DNA of 64,000 nucleotides, taken from the NCBI GenBank assembly GCA_047495785.1, contig JBLDXI010000003.1:2976001-3040000 (forward strand). Direction: 5' to 3'. Source of the DNA: Lepidodermella squamata. Lineage: Eukaryota; Animalia; Gastrotricha. Made by a program: the position numbers and the translations under genes. Under the pieces are notes generated by a model that had not been told where the DNA came from, did not search any database, and saw only the letters and a program-made list of their open reading frames with translations. Every line of letters starts with the position of its first letter. The stretch's first letter is position 1. Positions 48,019-60,379 of this stretch are shown piece after piece.

Positions 48019-48538
48019 TTATTGCCCTGACCCTGTACTATTCCCCGGCATAGTGTTAACTGCCGGACTGTCTGGCACGACAGAAGTGCCCTTTTCATAG
48101 ACGACAACCACCCCGAATCCGAGGGCAAGAAAAACGCCTAGAAAAATGCCGACGGCAAATAGGACCATGTAAGACCTAGACAGCCATTTGCATCGGCTGC
48201 GGCGTTGATACTTCGGCCTACGAGGTGGGGGCACAGCAGCGAGGGCTTTCCTAACGAATTCGCTGTCCTTTGATAGCAAATGCTCCACGGTTATGTGGCG
48301 AGGCTTTCGAGGTACAAGGAACAGTTGTTTGATCACGGCGATTTCCCGCCAATCCACTCGGCCGTTTGTTTGTAGGACTGGAGTGATAACTATACTGACA
48401 ATCAAAATGTCAAGACCAAATTAGGAATTTCAAATAGGGGTAAGGTCTGTACCTTGGATTGTTGGCTGAAAGAGATGGATGGATGATTATTAGGTGCTGT
48501 TTCGCAGGCCGAAGCTCTTCCCCGGATTCCATCAGCAT
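48019..48538 (-). CDS. Single-pass type II/tail-anchored protein, 2 exons (phase-2 intron)
   Basis: MLMESGEE...NNPS|IVITPV...PPPRRPKY...RCKWL, TM, then a short luminal tail with an NST sequon. Confidence 0.62.
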
Positions 48539-49361
48539 GGCCTAGTGGGAAATTCATCAAAAATAGGCTGGCTTTAAGCCATCCGTAGTAGTTAATCAAG
48601 AATAATTTTGCGTGACATAAGGCCATTCAAGGAATGATTGCGAATCGTCCTTTGTGGGCACGTGAGTTGTAAAACGAATTAGTGACCAGGCTGAAGTCTT
48701 CAAAAAGAGTTTAATCCAACATCTGGTTACGGAGATTTAGTTTGGAATTTTCAATTGGCCCAAAACTAATTTTCGAAGCGTTGAAGTATGTCATAATTGA
48801 TCAGCATAATTCAAAGTCATTTATCTTCAAATTCAGCGTGAAATTTCTGTAAAAGATTCATTATTCACTATGGATTTCATACAGCGCCCTAATTTCGTAG
48901 AAATATTCGAAAAGCGACTCTTTTCTTATTTAAAATCAGGTTCCGCGATATGCAGATTTGGTTCCGCTAAAAGATATTCTGATTTAGTTATGGGAAACTT
49001 ATATGCCAAGTTGGCACCATAAATGTAAGGTAAAAGTGACAAATTTGAAGTTACAGCATTTGATTTCCCTAAACTATATTGGGTTTTCGAGCTACAAGTT
49101 CGCCATCAAAGCTCAGTTTAGATTCAAGATTCATTCCTCAGCTTGCCGAGCCGATTCCAGTATTAAAATCGTGGTTTTTCTGATATCAGAAGCTTGGAAG
49201 CCAACATTGACAAGTTATTTTACGAACTACCTGAGGTTCCAGAAAAATCTCAAGGTGCCAGAAACTGTATTTAAAAAAACTGCTAGAAATATTTGAAAAA
49301 TATCTGAAAAATATAAAAACTTGCATTTATTTATGAATACATATCAGCCATTCATTTCAAA

Positions 49362-49670
49362 TCACAAATCGCCTTGGCAAATGATCAAAAAGTTTGCGCA
49401 TAAGCAGCAACAGCCGGAAATAGCTGAGCCTAGCAATACAAAGTAGCTGCAACAGTTTCCGGAGGGGTCGTTTTTACTCTTCGCAATCACGTAATAATTC
49501 CCAGCCGAACTATTCATTTCCAGTAAATGATCTCGCCTCTCAAGGGACAAGCTGTCGAAAGGTCAAAACCGAGTATTAGGCAACCTTTGTTTATTAAGTT
49601 GAAATATTCCTTACTCCTCAGTTGCTATGAGCGGACTGGATGACTCTGTCTGCAGCAAATAATTTTCCAT
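49362..49670 (-). CDS. Second CYSTM-like small protein, 2 exons (phase-2 intron)
   Basis: MENYLLQTE...ED|LSLERR...GNCCSYFVLLGSAISGCCCLCANFLIICQGDL*. Confidence 0.68.
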
Positions 49671-50444
49671 AAATTTATTTTAAATAAAATATAATTCTTT
49701 CTTGATCAGGCTTCCATCTCTCGTTTTTAAGGCCTTCTTAGGGTGAATCAAGCGAATTTAACTTCCTGCAATATGTTTTATTTCTATGACTAATATGAAA
49801 AATATGCCTGAAAAAAATTGAAAATAGTGTACTGAACAAGGGCAGCATCTCCGCGCGTGGTATTAGCTTTGATGATTAATGGACCAGATGACGGATTAAC
49901 GCGGTATAATGAACAAACAACCAATGGCCAGTTTATCGATCGCGCTGAGACATCAACGCGTCTTTTTATGTTGTTGTTTACTTGAAATTTCAGTCTTCGC
50001 AAAACAGGAAATTTTTTCTTAATTCCGAGCGACATCTTTTTGGACAATTTCTGCGATTTTTCTTGTAAATTTCGAGGTTAGTGCGGTTAGCATTTCCGCT
50101 CTTGAGAATTGTTCCCGCCGATATGTATGAATCATCATTTTCCGTTATAATCTCGCACCATCATTCGCTATTAGCAGTTCAATCGATTTTAGGGATCTGT
50201 TTTTCTTGAGCCTATAAATCCAGGAGTAGGCTGAGTGGGGGAGCGGAAATCTAATCTGAGTGTACCCCAGCCTAGTAATTACTAATGATCACCAGATTTC
50301 AATCGTGTTGGTTCCGGCCTTATATTATTATTAGGTTCATTCGTTTTTCCCAAAATCATATTTTTTCAACTAGCCAAATGCAAGAAAATGCGATCGGATT
50401 AAAATCTGAGATACAGATTTTCTATTTGGTACAAAAAATCTATC

Positions 50445-50912
50445 TATAGCTGTAAAATCATAAAATCGCTTATTTCATGCTTTCCTTAATAGTAAACTTC
50501 CTTAAAAAGAACAAAAGTCCAAAGTTTAACGATATCTTCGGACTGCGCGCTTTGATGTCAAAGGGCTACTTTCGGATAATGCGGCGGTATTTATGCCAAA
50601 ATAAAATTCGGACAATTCTCTATCGATTGGATATGGAATTCTCACTCACGCGAAAGAATTAATGAAAAATCACCCGCAAACTCAATTTTTTGTATTCATT
50701 CTTAAGCGCCAAGATTTCTCATGGCCATTCCATAGAGAATTTCTGAATTTTATTTGGTAAAAATACCGCCGCGTAAGTAGCCCTTTGAGATCTCGCAGTC
50801 CGAAATTCCCTATAAATTGTCCATTTTTCTAGGAGGCCTAGAAAAAATAAGCCGCGAGAATCCGTGGTGAGTCATTTTTTGAGTGGCTTCACATAGGATT
50901 ATTTTATATATA
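50445..50912. mobile_element. Diverged foldback/MITE-like element
   Basis: Inverted arms, e.g. ttcggactgcg..tcaaagggctactt..gcggcggtattt..ccaaaataaaattc (50537-50609) vs the reverse complement at ~50744-50805; ends approximate. Confidence 0.6.
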
Positions 50913-51481
50913 AAAAAGCTTTTAAACCTTGAAGTCCCTATAAATTGTTAACTTTTTTACTCCACTAATGACGCATTTCATTGAGGAATTTACGCGTAAA
51001 TCAAGTCTTTTAGATTCAGACATTTTGACGTATTTCAGATTGCTCCATGACAGAAAATTCAATAATAATACAATTAACGTAATATTCCTACTATAGCGTT
51101 CGTTGGCTGACTTTCTTGCGCGTTTTTTTTCCTCACTTGTGTAGCCGACAATTAGTCGAAGGAGAAGGAAAATATTTTCCATGCACCAATACGGCTTATT
51201 ATTGCGGGCCGCGCGTGGTTGCTACGGCGCTCATTTCCCGCCGCCTTAATTAGGCGCGCGCGTGATGCGCCGCGCTCTTTTCGAAACGCGCAGGTGGCAT
51301 TGGCTTGCTTTTGCGCTGATGATCAGTGCTCGAAAACGTGTTGCCACCTACTTCGAAGGCTAATTTCGCAACAGTACTTAAACGCCCATCCAACACTCCT
51401 CCCATTCATATCATTTTTTTCACGCGAAACTTTATTCTATATAGGCGAGTCTTTTGTAAAAGATTTTTACATTTTCTCACT

Positions 51482-51887
51482 ATGAATTCGAGCGTTTTCG
51501 CTGTCGTTCTATCGCTTCTATCGCTGGCGACGTTGGGCTATTGTGCCGAGAAAGATGCCGATAGCCAGAAGAAGAACGAATTATTCGCGCCTGCCCAGGA
51601 AGAAGCGGCTAAATCCCCCTTCAGCACGAAAGAGCTCGAACATTTGTCGGATGTTGAACTTCAAACCCTTCAAGACAGCCTTGTTTCGTGGATCGAAGAC
51701 AACTTGGGCGCGACAACAGAGGCTGCCTGCAATAAATGCTTCAGGGTAAGCAAATTATTGAACAAATTATTGAATTTTTTATATCAATTTCTCCTTTCAG
51801 ATGAAGCGATCATTCGGTAGAAAGTGTTTGAATCTACCTGTTATGGAGCGAATGAACATGTTGGAGGACCACGGCTGCAGTTTCTAG
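51482..51887 (+). CDS. Small secreted prepro-type protein (exons 51482-51745, 51801-51887)
   Basis: Signal peptide MNSSVFAVVLSLLSLATLGYC, acidic middle, C-terminal ACNKCFRMKRSFGRKCLNLPVMERMNMLEDHGCSF*. Confidence 0.75.
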
Positions 51888-52380
51888 TTCTTCAAGATCT
51901 ATAAAAATCTATAAAAAAAATCATTGCTAAAACTGGTATTTTCCATTTCATCATCATCATCATCATTTCTCATTGTTGTTATTGAATACTGGACATAATA
52001 ACTTTTTGTAACAGCCAAATTATATATTTATATAAAAAAAGATGATCGGTACATTACCTTTTTTTTTATTACACACATCTGATATCAGGCAAAACGATAC
52101 TATTTTATCAAAATATTATTGTTACGAACTGGAATAAAGCTTTTTTTAGGTGTGCTGGGTTTTGTTGCATATAGCCTTCAGGTAACCGCTGCGTGATTGT
52201 TTCCAGAGGTGTATTTTCATGTGTGTTTACAAATCGTGAAAATGCGCCTCAACAAGGCAAATCGCCTGTAATTCGTGGTGCTAAATCATCATCATCCGCA
52301 TTCTCCGTTCATTTTTCATCCGAATTCTCGTTTTTTTTTATATTTTTTATCAGCCGAACTTGACCCGTCTTGAACAGGAA

Positions 52381-53207
52381 ATGCGCAGTGATTTTTGCCG
52401 CCTTTCAATCATTATTCTGCTAGGTAATTTATTTTTCATAAATTTTTTCATTTTTTATTAGTGTCCCATTTCTTATTTTTAGTCGGATTTTTTCGAGAAA
52501 TTTCCGCCGCTGCTAAGCAAACAAATTCGAAAAAGGAAAACGCGGAAGGCGCGAAACAAAAGGACCACTACGCGAAATGTCTCGAAACGCATACAAAACA
52601 CCACAAGGACCATTTCGCGTTGTACAAGGAAACCAAGGCGAAATACGTCGAGTTGAAAACTGATTTCAAGCTAAAAACCGATCAACTCGCGTTGATTTAC
52701 AAGAAAAAACGAGCGGAGGTCTGCACTAAGGACGATGAAGATACGATTCATATAGAACACGATTTCACCTGGTATACTTGGGGTTCGATTATTAGGAATT
52801 CTAAAGACGACTCAAAGGCCCCTTCTGTCCCGCCGAAGAAGGATCCTGAGGTCCCAAAAGCGCCTGTCAAGCCTGAAATCGAAGCGAATCATGACCCGGA
52901 GCCTGTTGCTAAGGAAACAAATGATGTTGCTAAGGACGCTAAACCCGAGCCGGAAAAGCCTGTCGAAGCTAGACCGGAGCCGGAAAAGTCACCAAAACCA
53001 CCGAAGCAGAAGACGAAAAAGGACATTTCTCCTGAATCTGTCGAAAAAGCTGGATCAGATTTGGAACGCAAAGTATCGGATGACAAGGCTGTGGAGAAAC
53101 CTGATGACTCTAAGGACGAAGCTGCGTCCAAGTGCTCTTGCTCCTCCTCATCAACACCGGCCGCCAACAGTAATGAAGGAAAAAAAGCGAAGAAATCTGA
53201 GCTTTAG
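52381..53207 (+). CDS. Signal-peptide-bearing Lys/Glu/Pro-rich protein (exons 52381-52423, 52483-53207)
   Basis: MRSDFCRLSIIILLVGFFREISA; helical His/Lys segment, PEPEK repeats, C-terminus KKSEL*. Confidence 0.72.
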
Positions 53208-53494
53208 ATGGTAATTATTAGCTCAAAGGACTGCAGTGCAGCAAATAATAATAAATAATTATTATTATCATCCCCTTTTACTCATTACAGCTCATTAATT
53301 ATTATAACAACCTCGGTCAGTGATCAATAAATGTCCTTATATTATCATCTCATGTTCCGAAAATCTTAATTATTTATTATTTAATTATCCATATCGCTAA
53401 GATGATTCAGTCTGATGGCAAGGATACGTAACAAAAACAGAAAACAGCGATTTTTTGTTTACGAAATATTTTTCTAAGGTATTATTTGAAAGAT

Positions 53495-56400
53495 TCAGGA
53501 GAAGCGACGGCGAATGCATTGAAACCTGATTGCCCAAGCATTATCGGCCAAACAAAATACACTCGCCGATCCGAACATCATCTGGAATAAAAAAAATCAG
53601 AATTAAGAATATGAATGAAAAATCGGATTTAAATCGTATTTTTTTTAATATTTTCAAAACTAAAAAATGTGATGATCCAGCCCAAATACTTCCAATTTTT
53701 TGCGATTTCGGTCATTTCCTTATCGATAATTTTTCAATATTGACCTCTAGATTGCTAATATCAGAAAAATAACTACTTGGAATTGATATCGGCTCTGCAC
53801 TATAAGAGTTAGGAATCATACTAAAAAACTGAGATTTTAAGGAGAATGTTCAACTTGAAAAGTTGATTTTGGAAAAATCTAGAGCTGAATCCTCAAATTT
53901 AGGGCTGGAACCTTTATTGAAAGTTCGATAAATACTTACATAGCCCTTTTCGCAAGCGTAAGTGACTTCATCGCCAATGTAGCCAATATCCGAAGTTGGA
54001 TCTTTGAATTTTCGCCGTATTTCCCGAGCATTTTCGATCACCAGAGGTTGGCCACATTGCAGTTCAACGTCATCTGTCTCGTCCAAGTTCAGAGGCTGGC
54101 ACGTGAATTCAACGTTCCAACTGAGGTCGCCCAGGCATTTAGCCTTGCCAAGTCCGTTCATTATTGTGCCCTTCTTGCACGTGTAATTGACCTCATCGCC
54201 TGGGATGCTAGGCGTATCGGCCGGATAAGACCGGCTCTGCTCGATAGCATTGTCCAATTTTGGCGGCTGACCACATGAATAGACGTTTGGCAGGTCGATT
54301 ATAGGAGCTTGAAAAATTTGAAAAATTAAAATTAAAAATTTGAAAATAATTCGAAAAATAATTTCGATATGTAGAAATAAAAATGAAGAATTATTTAATA
54401 AATACAAAATTTAAATAAAACTGAAAAATTTAGAATTTTCGGCGATTTTTAGCCATTATTGAAAATTTAATTAATTAATTAACTAATTATTGAAAACTCA
54501 CGACGTGGAGCAGCTTCTGGGACGCAATCCGGATCTTTAGTGCTCCAGACACCTTTATTACAGCTAACAATAATTCGCCAGGTAAAGTCCGGTGCCCGAT
54601 AGCCATCGATGCATTGAAAAACAATGACATCACCATCTTCGGGGATCGAACCAAGCGTGTTAGTTTGACTGTAGACAACGGCGTACTTCGGCTGTATAAC
54701 CTCGCATGGGATTTTTCGTAATTCGCATGACGGCAATCGCGACCAAGTTCCATCGTAGCGGCACGTGACTCGGGCTTCGTCTGGCAAGCCGCGAATTTCG
54801 TAGCCATCGTAACAGCCGTAAGTTATTGAATCGCCGGGTCGAGCTTCCCCGTAAAATGTTCGCTTAACCTCATAGCCGTAAGGCGGCGATCGGGGAGAGA
54901 AGCGGCATAGAGGAGCTCGGGTTTGGGACATGAATGACCCAGGAGTTGTTGTAACTGAAATTTGAAAAATATTTTTCAATTTTTCAAAAAATCGATCCCA
55001 AGGCTTTAGAGAAAAAATAGCCTAATATGGACTTTTTTCAAAAGGAGACATTTCCTAATTATTCATGAAAATTAGACGCTTCACGTAAATTTTTTAAATA
55101 ATTTTCTTCATTCTATTTCAAGATAGAAAATCCATCAGATAAGGTTTGGCGAATTTTCCAAATATTTTACAAAAAAATTCGAAAAATGCGTTTAATTGAA
55201 AACGGGTCGCCTTAATTTCACCAGTGTTTCTCTTAGCTTTTTAATTTTTAATTTCACACCATCCTCCTTAAAATACGGGATTCACACATTTTATCTGCGA
55301 GTTTGAAGTCTTTCTAGAATCGGGATCTATTTTATCAATAACAGCTTATGATTATATTATGATCAGGAAAAAGAATCGTGAAAATTGGAATTTTAGCCTG
55401 GACGCCTAATTTTAGAGCTGGACCCTTAAAGTAAAAAGATGTCCGAAAACGTCAATTTCAAATTTTCCCGAACCTATTTTCTCTTTAAGGATCGAATCCT
55501 ACCTGTTACATATGTTCTCCTGTCGACAACGCATTGCGGCAACGCAGACCATTGAGCTGGCTCGGGTTCCATACAAGAAACCCTAGCATAGGATCCAATT
55601 CTCAGCCGATAACCAGGCTTACAAGAATACTCAACAACATCCCCGATCCAACTGACATCTTCATAAGACTGGAAAACGACCTCAGCATTGGGGACATAAG
55701 GCGGCTTCCTACCACATGATAACCCATCAACTGGCCCATTATTTGCCGAAGTAGTCGTAGCTGGGCTGGTTGAAGTCCTGATGGTTGTAGTAGGCGTTGT
55801 AGTTGCCGCCAAACTCGAACTGACAGTAACTACAGCCGTTGAAGCTGGGGTTGTAGTAGTTGTTGTAGTGGTTGTAGTCGATGTGGTAGAGGTAGTGGTT
55901 GTAGTGCCCTGGTCGTTGCTTATCACGATTTGAAGCGCCGGGTTCCTCGCACTGGGTATCAGCGACAACTCACCCCCTACCCTCAATTGATTAATAACCT
56001 TAAGATCAGGCTCGGCAAACTGCCCGACATAGGTGTTATACTGACTAGCAGTCGAGTCGAAAATCCCCATGTAGGGTATAACCTGGTCTGAAACCGGGGT
56101 GTTAGCGCTGTCGTAGAAGTACCCGAAAACATCGCCGGTCGAGACTAGTAAATCGCCAGGGTTCAAATTGATTGTCCTAATCGCCGGCGATCCAGCTGGA
56201 ACATCGATTGCGTAAGAAGTGACTAGTTTATAATAAGCAGTTGCGAGTCGAAGTGGCTTGAAAATGCCTAGATAGACGCGGCGAGGCGTGGCCGTTGACC
56301 CGAGGACACCGTGAGATATCGTAATAATCGAACCGTCGCAGGGTGACTGCAAAAAGTCGAAAATTTGAACGTAACTGCTAAGGAAGGCGTAGTTTTTTAA

Positions 56401-56496
56401 GGTAGCTGGAATCGTGCCAACTGTTCCGCATATCGTCTGTGCGGAAATCGCCGGTACATTGGACAAAACGATGACCAGGCTGGTCAGTAGGTTCAT
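53495..56496 (-). CDS. Secreted Sushi/CCP-domain protein B (N-terminal unknown domain, Thr-rich stalk, 5 Sushi)
   Basis: Signal peptide; poly-Thr; repeated C..PP...NA...GD.V.Y.C..GY...C....W...P.C units across exons; last exon ends CIRRRFS* (53497-53495). Confidence 0.85.
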
Positions 56497-56906
56497 CGCA
56501 ATCTCATTCTCTTCATACTATTATTTCTCTAACAGCCGTGTGTTTTGGTATAGCGTAAAAATACTCTTTGAGCAGACTTTGTTTTAAGGTGGCGCCGAAA
56601 AATCGATGGCCGAAAGAGCAACGCGACGTTGTTTTATCGACGTTTCCCTCCCCATTTCAAATCAGCGATAATTATTCGCGCGTGTTTATGTGTGAGTGGG
56701 AGCGCTTCCAAGGTGAGCACAGCGTGACGTCATATCACTTTGATCGAGCGATTGATCGCTCGCACTTTAGACAGGGCGTGACACCGATTTTTTTTACAAT
56801 AATAATAGTGGGTGCATATCAGTGCGACGTAAACAAAAATTATCCACAATTTTTATTAGTATCACTTCAACGATTTTATAAAATTTTTGGAAAAAAATGA
56901 CCTAGG

Positions 56907-59198
56907 TCAGACGCCTCTCGGGACACATCGGAATCTGACTGACCAGGTATAATCGGCAGTGCAGAAAACGTTTCCAGATCCGACCATCGCCTAAAATAAA
57001 TCAATTAAATCCGCAAAAAATTGAAAAAATCGAATTTTTACGTAATATCGAAGGCAAATATATGAGACAAAATCCCCAACTTTTCCGGCTGTATTAGCCG
57101 AGCTGACCCGCGTGTCTACAACGGCGTTTTCGATAGATGGTGGCAGGCCGCAGCTGTCCTTCGTACCTGAGCCTGATTGCCGAACACAATCGAATTCAAT
57201 GCTCCACTGTAGATCGCCGAGACATTTCGCCTCGCCGTTGCCTCGCATCGAGTAGCCGGGTAAACATGCGTAAAGCACGGAATCGCCTGGCTTACTTTGA
57301 TAACCGCTGAACCATGACCGGCGACTCTCGACTGCGTTCAATAATTTAGGCGGATCGCCGCAGGTGTACCAAGGATCAGCTGGTGGAGAACCTAAAAAAA
57401 ATGAATTAATAAAAAAATAATTAATAACTTATTTTATCGAAAATTATTAAAATTAAAAATTTGAAATTTAGATTGAAATTTTAAATGAATAAAATTAATT
57501 CTTTCTAATTTTAGAAATTAATTTTAAATTAAGTTTATTGACAAAATTTGCCAACCTGATGGTACGGTGTTTGATACGCATCGTGGCTGTTCGTTATCCC
57601 AAGTTCCGAAATTGCAGGTCACAGTAATAAATCGGCCATCTCCATTTCGATTTCCACCGAGCAAATTGTTGTTATAACCAGTGAGGCATAAATAAGTGAT
57701 AGTATCGCCATCAAGAGCTCGCTGTCCCAAGATGAATGACTGGTTGTAGAGGATGGCATTGGTCGCTTTCGGTTGGGAATCGCAGGATCGTCGATTTTTG
57801 ACGCAAATTGGTAATTGTGACCAAGTTCCGTTTTCGAAGCAGATCACATTAGCGCCATTCACGCCGCTTATATCGAAGCCGTACAGGCAGCGGTATACTA
57901 TGACGTCACCTGGGAAAGCCTCGCCTCGGAATGTACGCCTTTCCTCGCCACCATTGAGAATTAAACCAGGAGATGGGGGACACCTGGCGCCTTTAAAAAA
58001 ATCGAGAAAAATTCCAAAAATTTCTTAGTTTGAAGTAAACTCACTCGGCTGTGTTTTTGGTGCCATGGTGGTTGTAGTTATTGGTGGCCATACTAGGAAA
58101 TTTAAAAAAAAATTAATTATGGCAAAATTAATTAAAAAATAAAATTAATCAATTACCTCAAAAATAATCAAAAAATTGTCTTTTACATTTTTTATATTTT
58201 TCAAAAATTAGGTAAAAATAAATAAATAAATTGTTTGAATCACCTATGATTCTGCGAGTCGTAGTTGTCGGACCCTGAGGTATGCAAATCGGCAATTCAG
58301 ACCACCGCCTCGCTCCATTGCACGTGACCCGATAATACGCACCAATAAACACGCGATAATTATCATTACACGAATATTCAATAGTATCGCCAACCCACGC
58401 CCAGGGCGTGTCAAATGACTGAAATGTGATGTAAGCGTTCGCCACAACCGGAGCTGGCCCACATCCGTTTCCGTAATCAGGCGTAGTCGGCTCGGTAACC
58501 GGCTCCGGGGTCGGTTCTTCCGTAGTCGTTGTCGTGGTAGTTGTAGTCGTAGTTGTCGTAGTCGTTGTCGTAGTCGGGAGCTCAGTCGTCAAAGTAATCG
58601 CCAAGGCCATCAACCGACCACTTGGAACAACCGATAACTCACGGCCAACAGCTAGTTGACCTACTTTCGACAGTTCCGGCAGACCGAACTGGCCGACATA
58701 GGTAGAATAGGCCGATGCGGTGTTGCCGAACAGGCCCTGGTACGGCACGACCATGTTCGACTGGTCCGAGTTCCAGTTATCGTAAAAAATTCCGAAAACA
58801 TGGTCTCTATTAACCGGTAAATTACCGATCGGTATATCAATCGTTCGAACCGTTGTACTGCCCAGTAATTGCTCATCCAAAACTGGGACATCGATTGGTA
58901 GGTAATTAACCAATCGGTAATAAATGACTTTCGATAATACAACTTTATCGAAAGCGCCGAGGTAGAAACGAAGGGGTAGATTTTTTCGGCCGATATTTGC
59001 GAAAGTGATTGAGGCGACGTAGCTATCGCATGGCACGACGAGGTAGTCGAAAATTTGAACAAAACTCGATGCAAACGGGTAGTCTTTGATGTTATCCGTA
59101 GGTATATGGCCGAGGATGAACTGGTCCAATTCGCATTGCGCATCGCTTCTTTGAAAATAAATCAATATTTGAAGTAATAAGAGCCAGCTTAAAATCAT
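56907..59198 (-). CDS. Secreted Sushi/CCP-domain protein A (tandem paralog of B)
   Basis: MILSWLLLLQILIYFQRSDAQC signal; same N-domain (FVQIFDYLVVPCD...YLGAF...FGIFYD), poly-Thr and 5 Sushi; last exon ends CVPRGV*. Confidence 0.85.
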
Positions 59199-60379
59199 GG
59201 TATTTTTGTGAGTTTGTATTGATAAAAGTGTTTTGGTGCCTTTTATCTTCTCACCTTTGATGATAAGATTGCTCCTTTTATTTAACGGCATGCGGGGGGA
59301 AATAATCGATGCGTCATTAGCAGGCGAGGCCCGGCTATTGTTGTAGTTACTTTTTTGTTGTTGATTGCGCTTTCCATTGATCTGTTTTTGGCGACACTGT
59401 GAAAACATGCTACAACGGTAGTGAATGCAATCCGATTGATGATTCAGGTATTATGAGGCCAAACAAGAACGGAGTTGTATTTTGACAAGCGGAATGTAAT
59501 TTTTTTGCAATAATTGGCTAATTAAAAAGGGATCTAAATATTTGCACCAATACATTTCAGGTTCCAGCAATAACTGATGTTCTCAATATTTTGCGGTAGT
59601 TTAATGATTGATAATGATGCCCATTGTGGCTTTCTAATTGAGTCAAAATATTTCCACCACTAATAATGAGGTTCCAGCACTAAATTTAAGCGTCCTGGCG
59701 CTACATTTTTCAGATTTTTTAGATATCGGCGTTTTCGGTTTTTGATCGATATTGAAGCCCTCGTTGAACATAGGATTTTTATTTTAGCTACATGGTGCAC
59801 TAAGCTACGTAGAAAAATTAGCGATGTTGGGTTCCAAGACGGTTGATATCGGGAAAATCACTGATTTGTAAAATCGATACTTGGTATCGATATCGGCTCT
59901 ATAGGATGAAGTATAATTCGTAAACTGACCACTAATAGCGCGAAATACGCGTAATATTAAGGTCTTTCCGTTAGGCATGATAACAAAAAATTTGAGATTC
60001 TAATGAAGACTAAAAATTCGAAACATATATTTAGGGAAATCTGATGCTGGAGTCTCAAATTTAGCGCTGTGACCCTAAATTTAGGGTGCGTACTTGGCTC
60101 ACTCTTTCTTATTTTACCAACCTATGTACCTCAGGTATGTAGAATATTGGCCTCTAAGACTGCTGATGTCGAAAAAATCACTGATTTGTAAAATCGATAA
60201 TTGAAATCGATTTCGGCTCTGCGAGCTCCAAAAACCATTGAAAAACACAATTCCAGAAAATCCCAACTCAATTTTATTGATTTAATGCTAACTTTTCATC
60301 AAATAGTTCATTACAAAGACTAATAACAAATTGAACATCATAATCCTAACAGCTAACGTAATCGAAGCCTTGAAGTCTT

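Noticed and set aside
7751-49670. Calling the array LITAF or IFITM genes, or virus-derived
   Set aside because: No LITAF CxxC...HxCxxC domain or CD225 domain; genes have spliceosomal introns and no viral hallmark genes nearby. Similarity is at motif and topology level only.
58158-59408. 416-aa ORF start at 59408
   Set aside because: The signal peptide begins at the ATG at 59198, matching the paralog; the ORF also runs into an intron at its 3' end.
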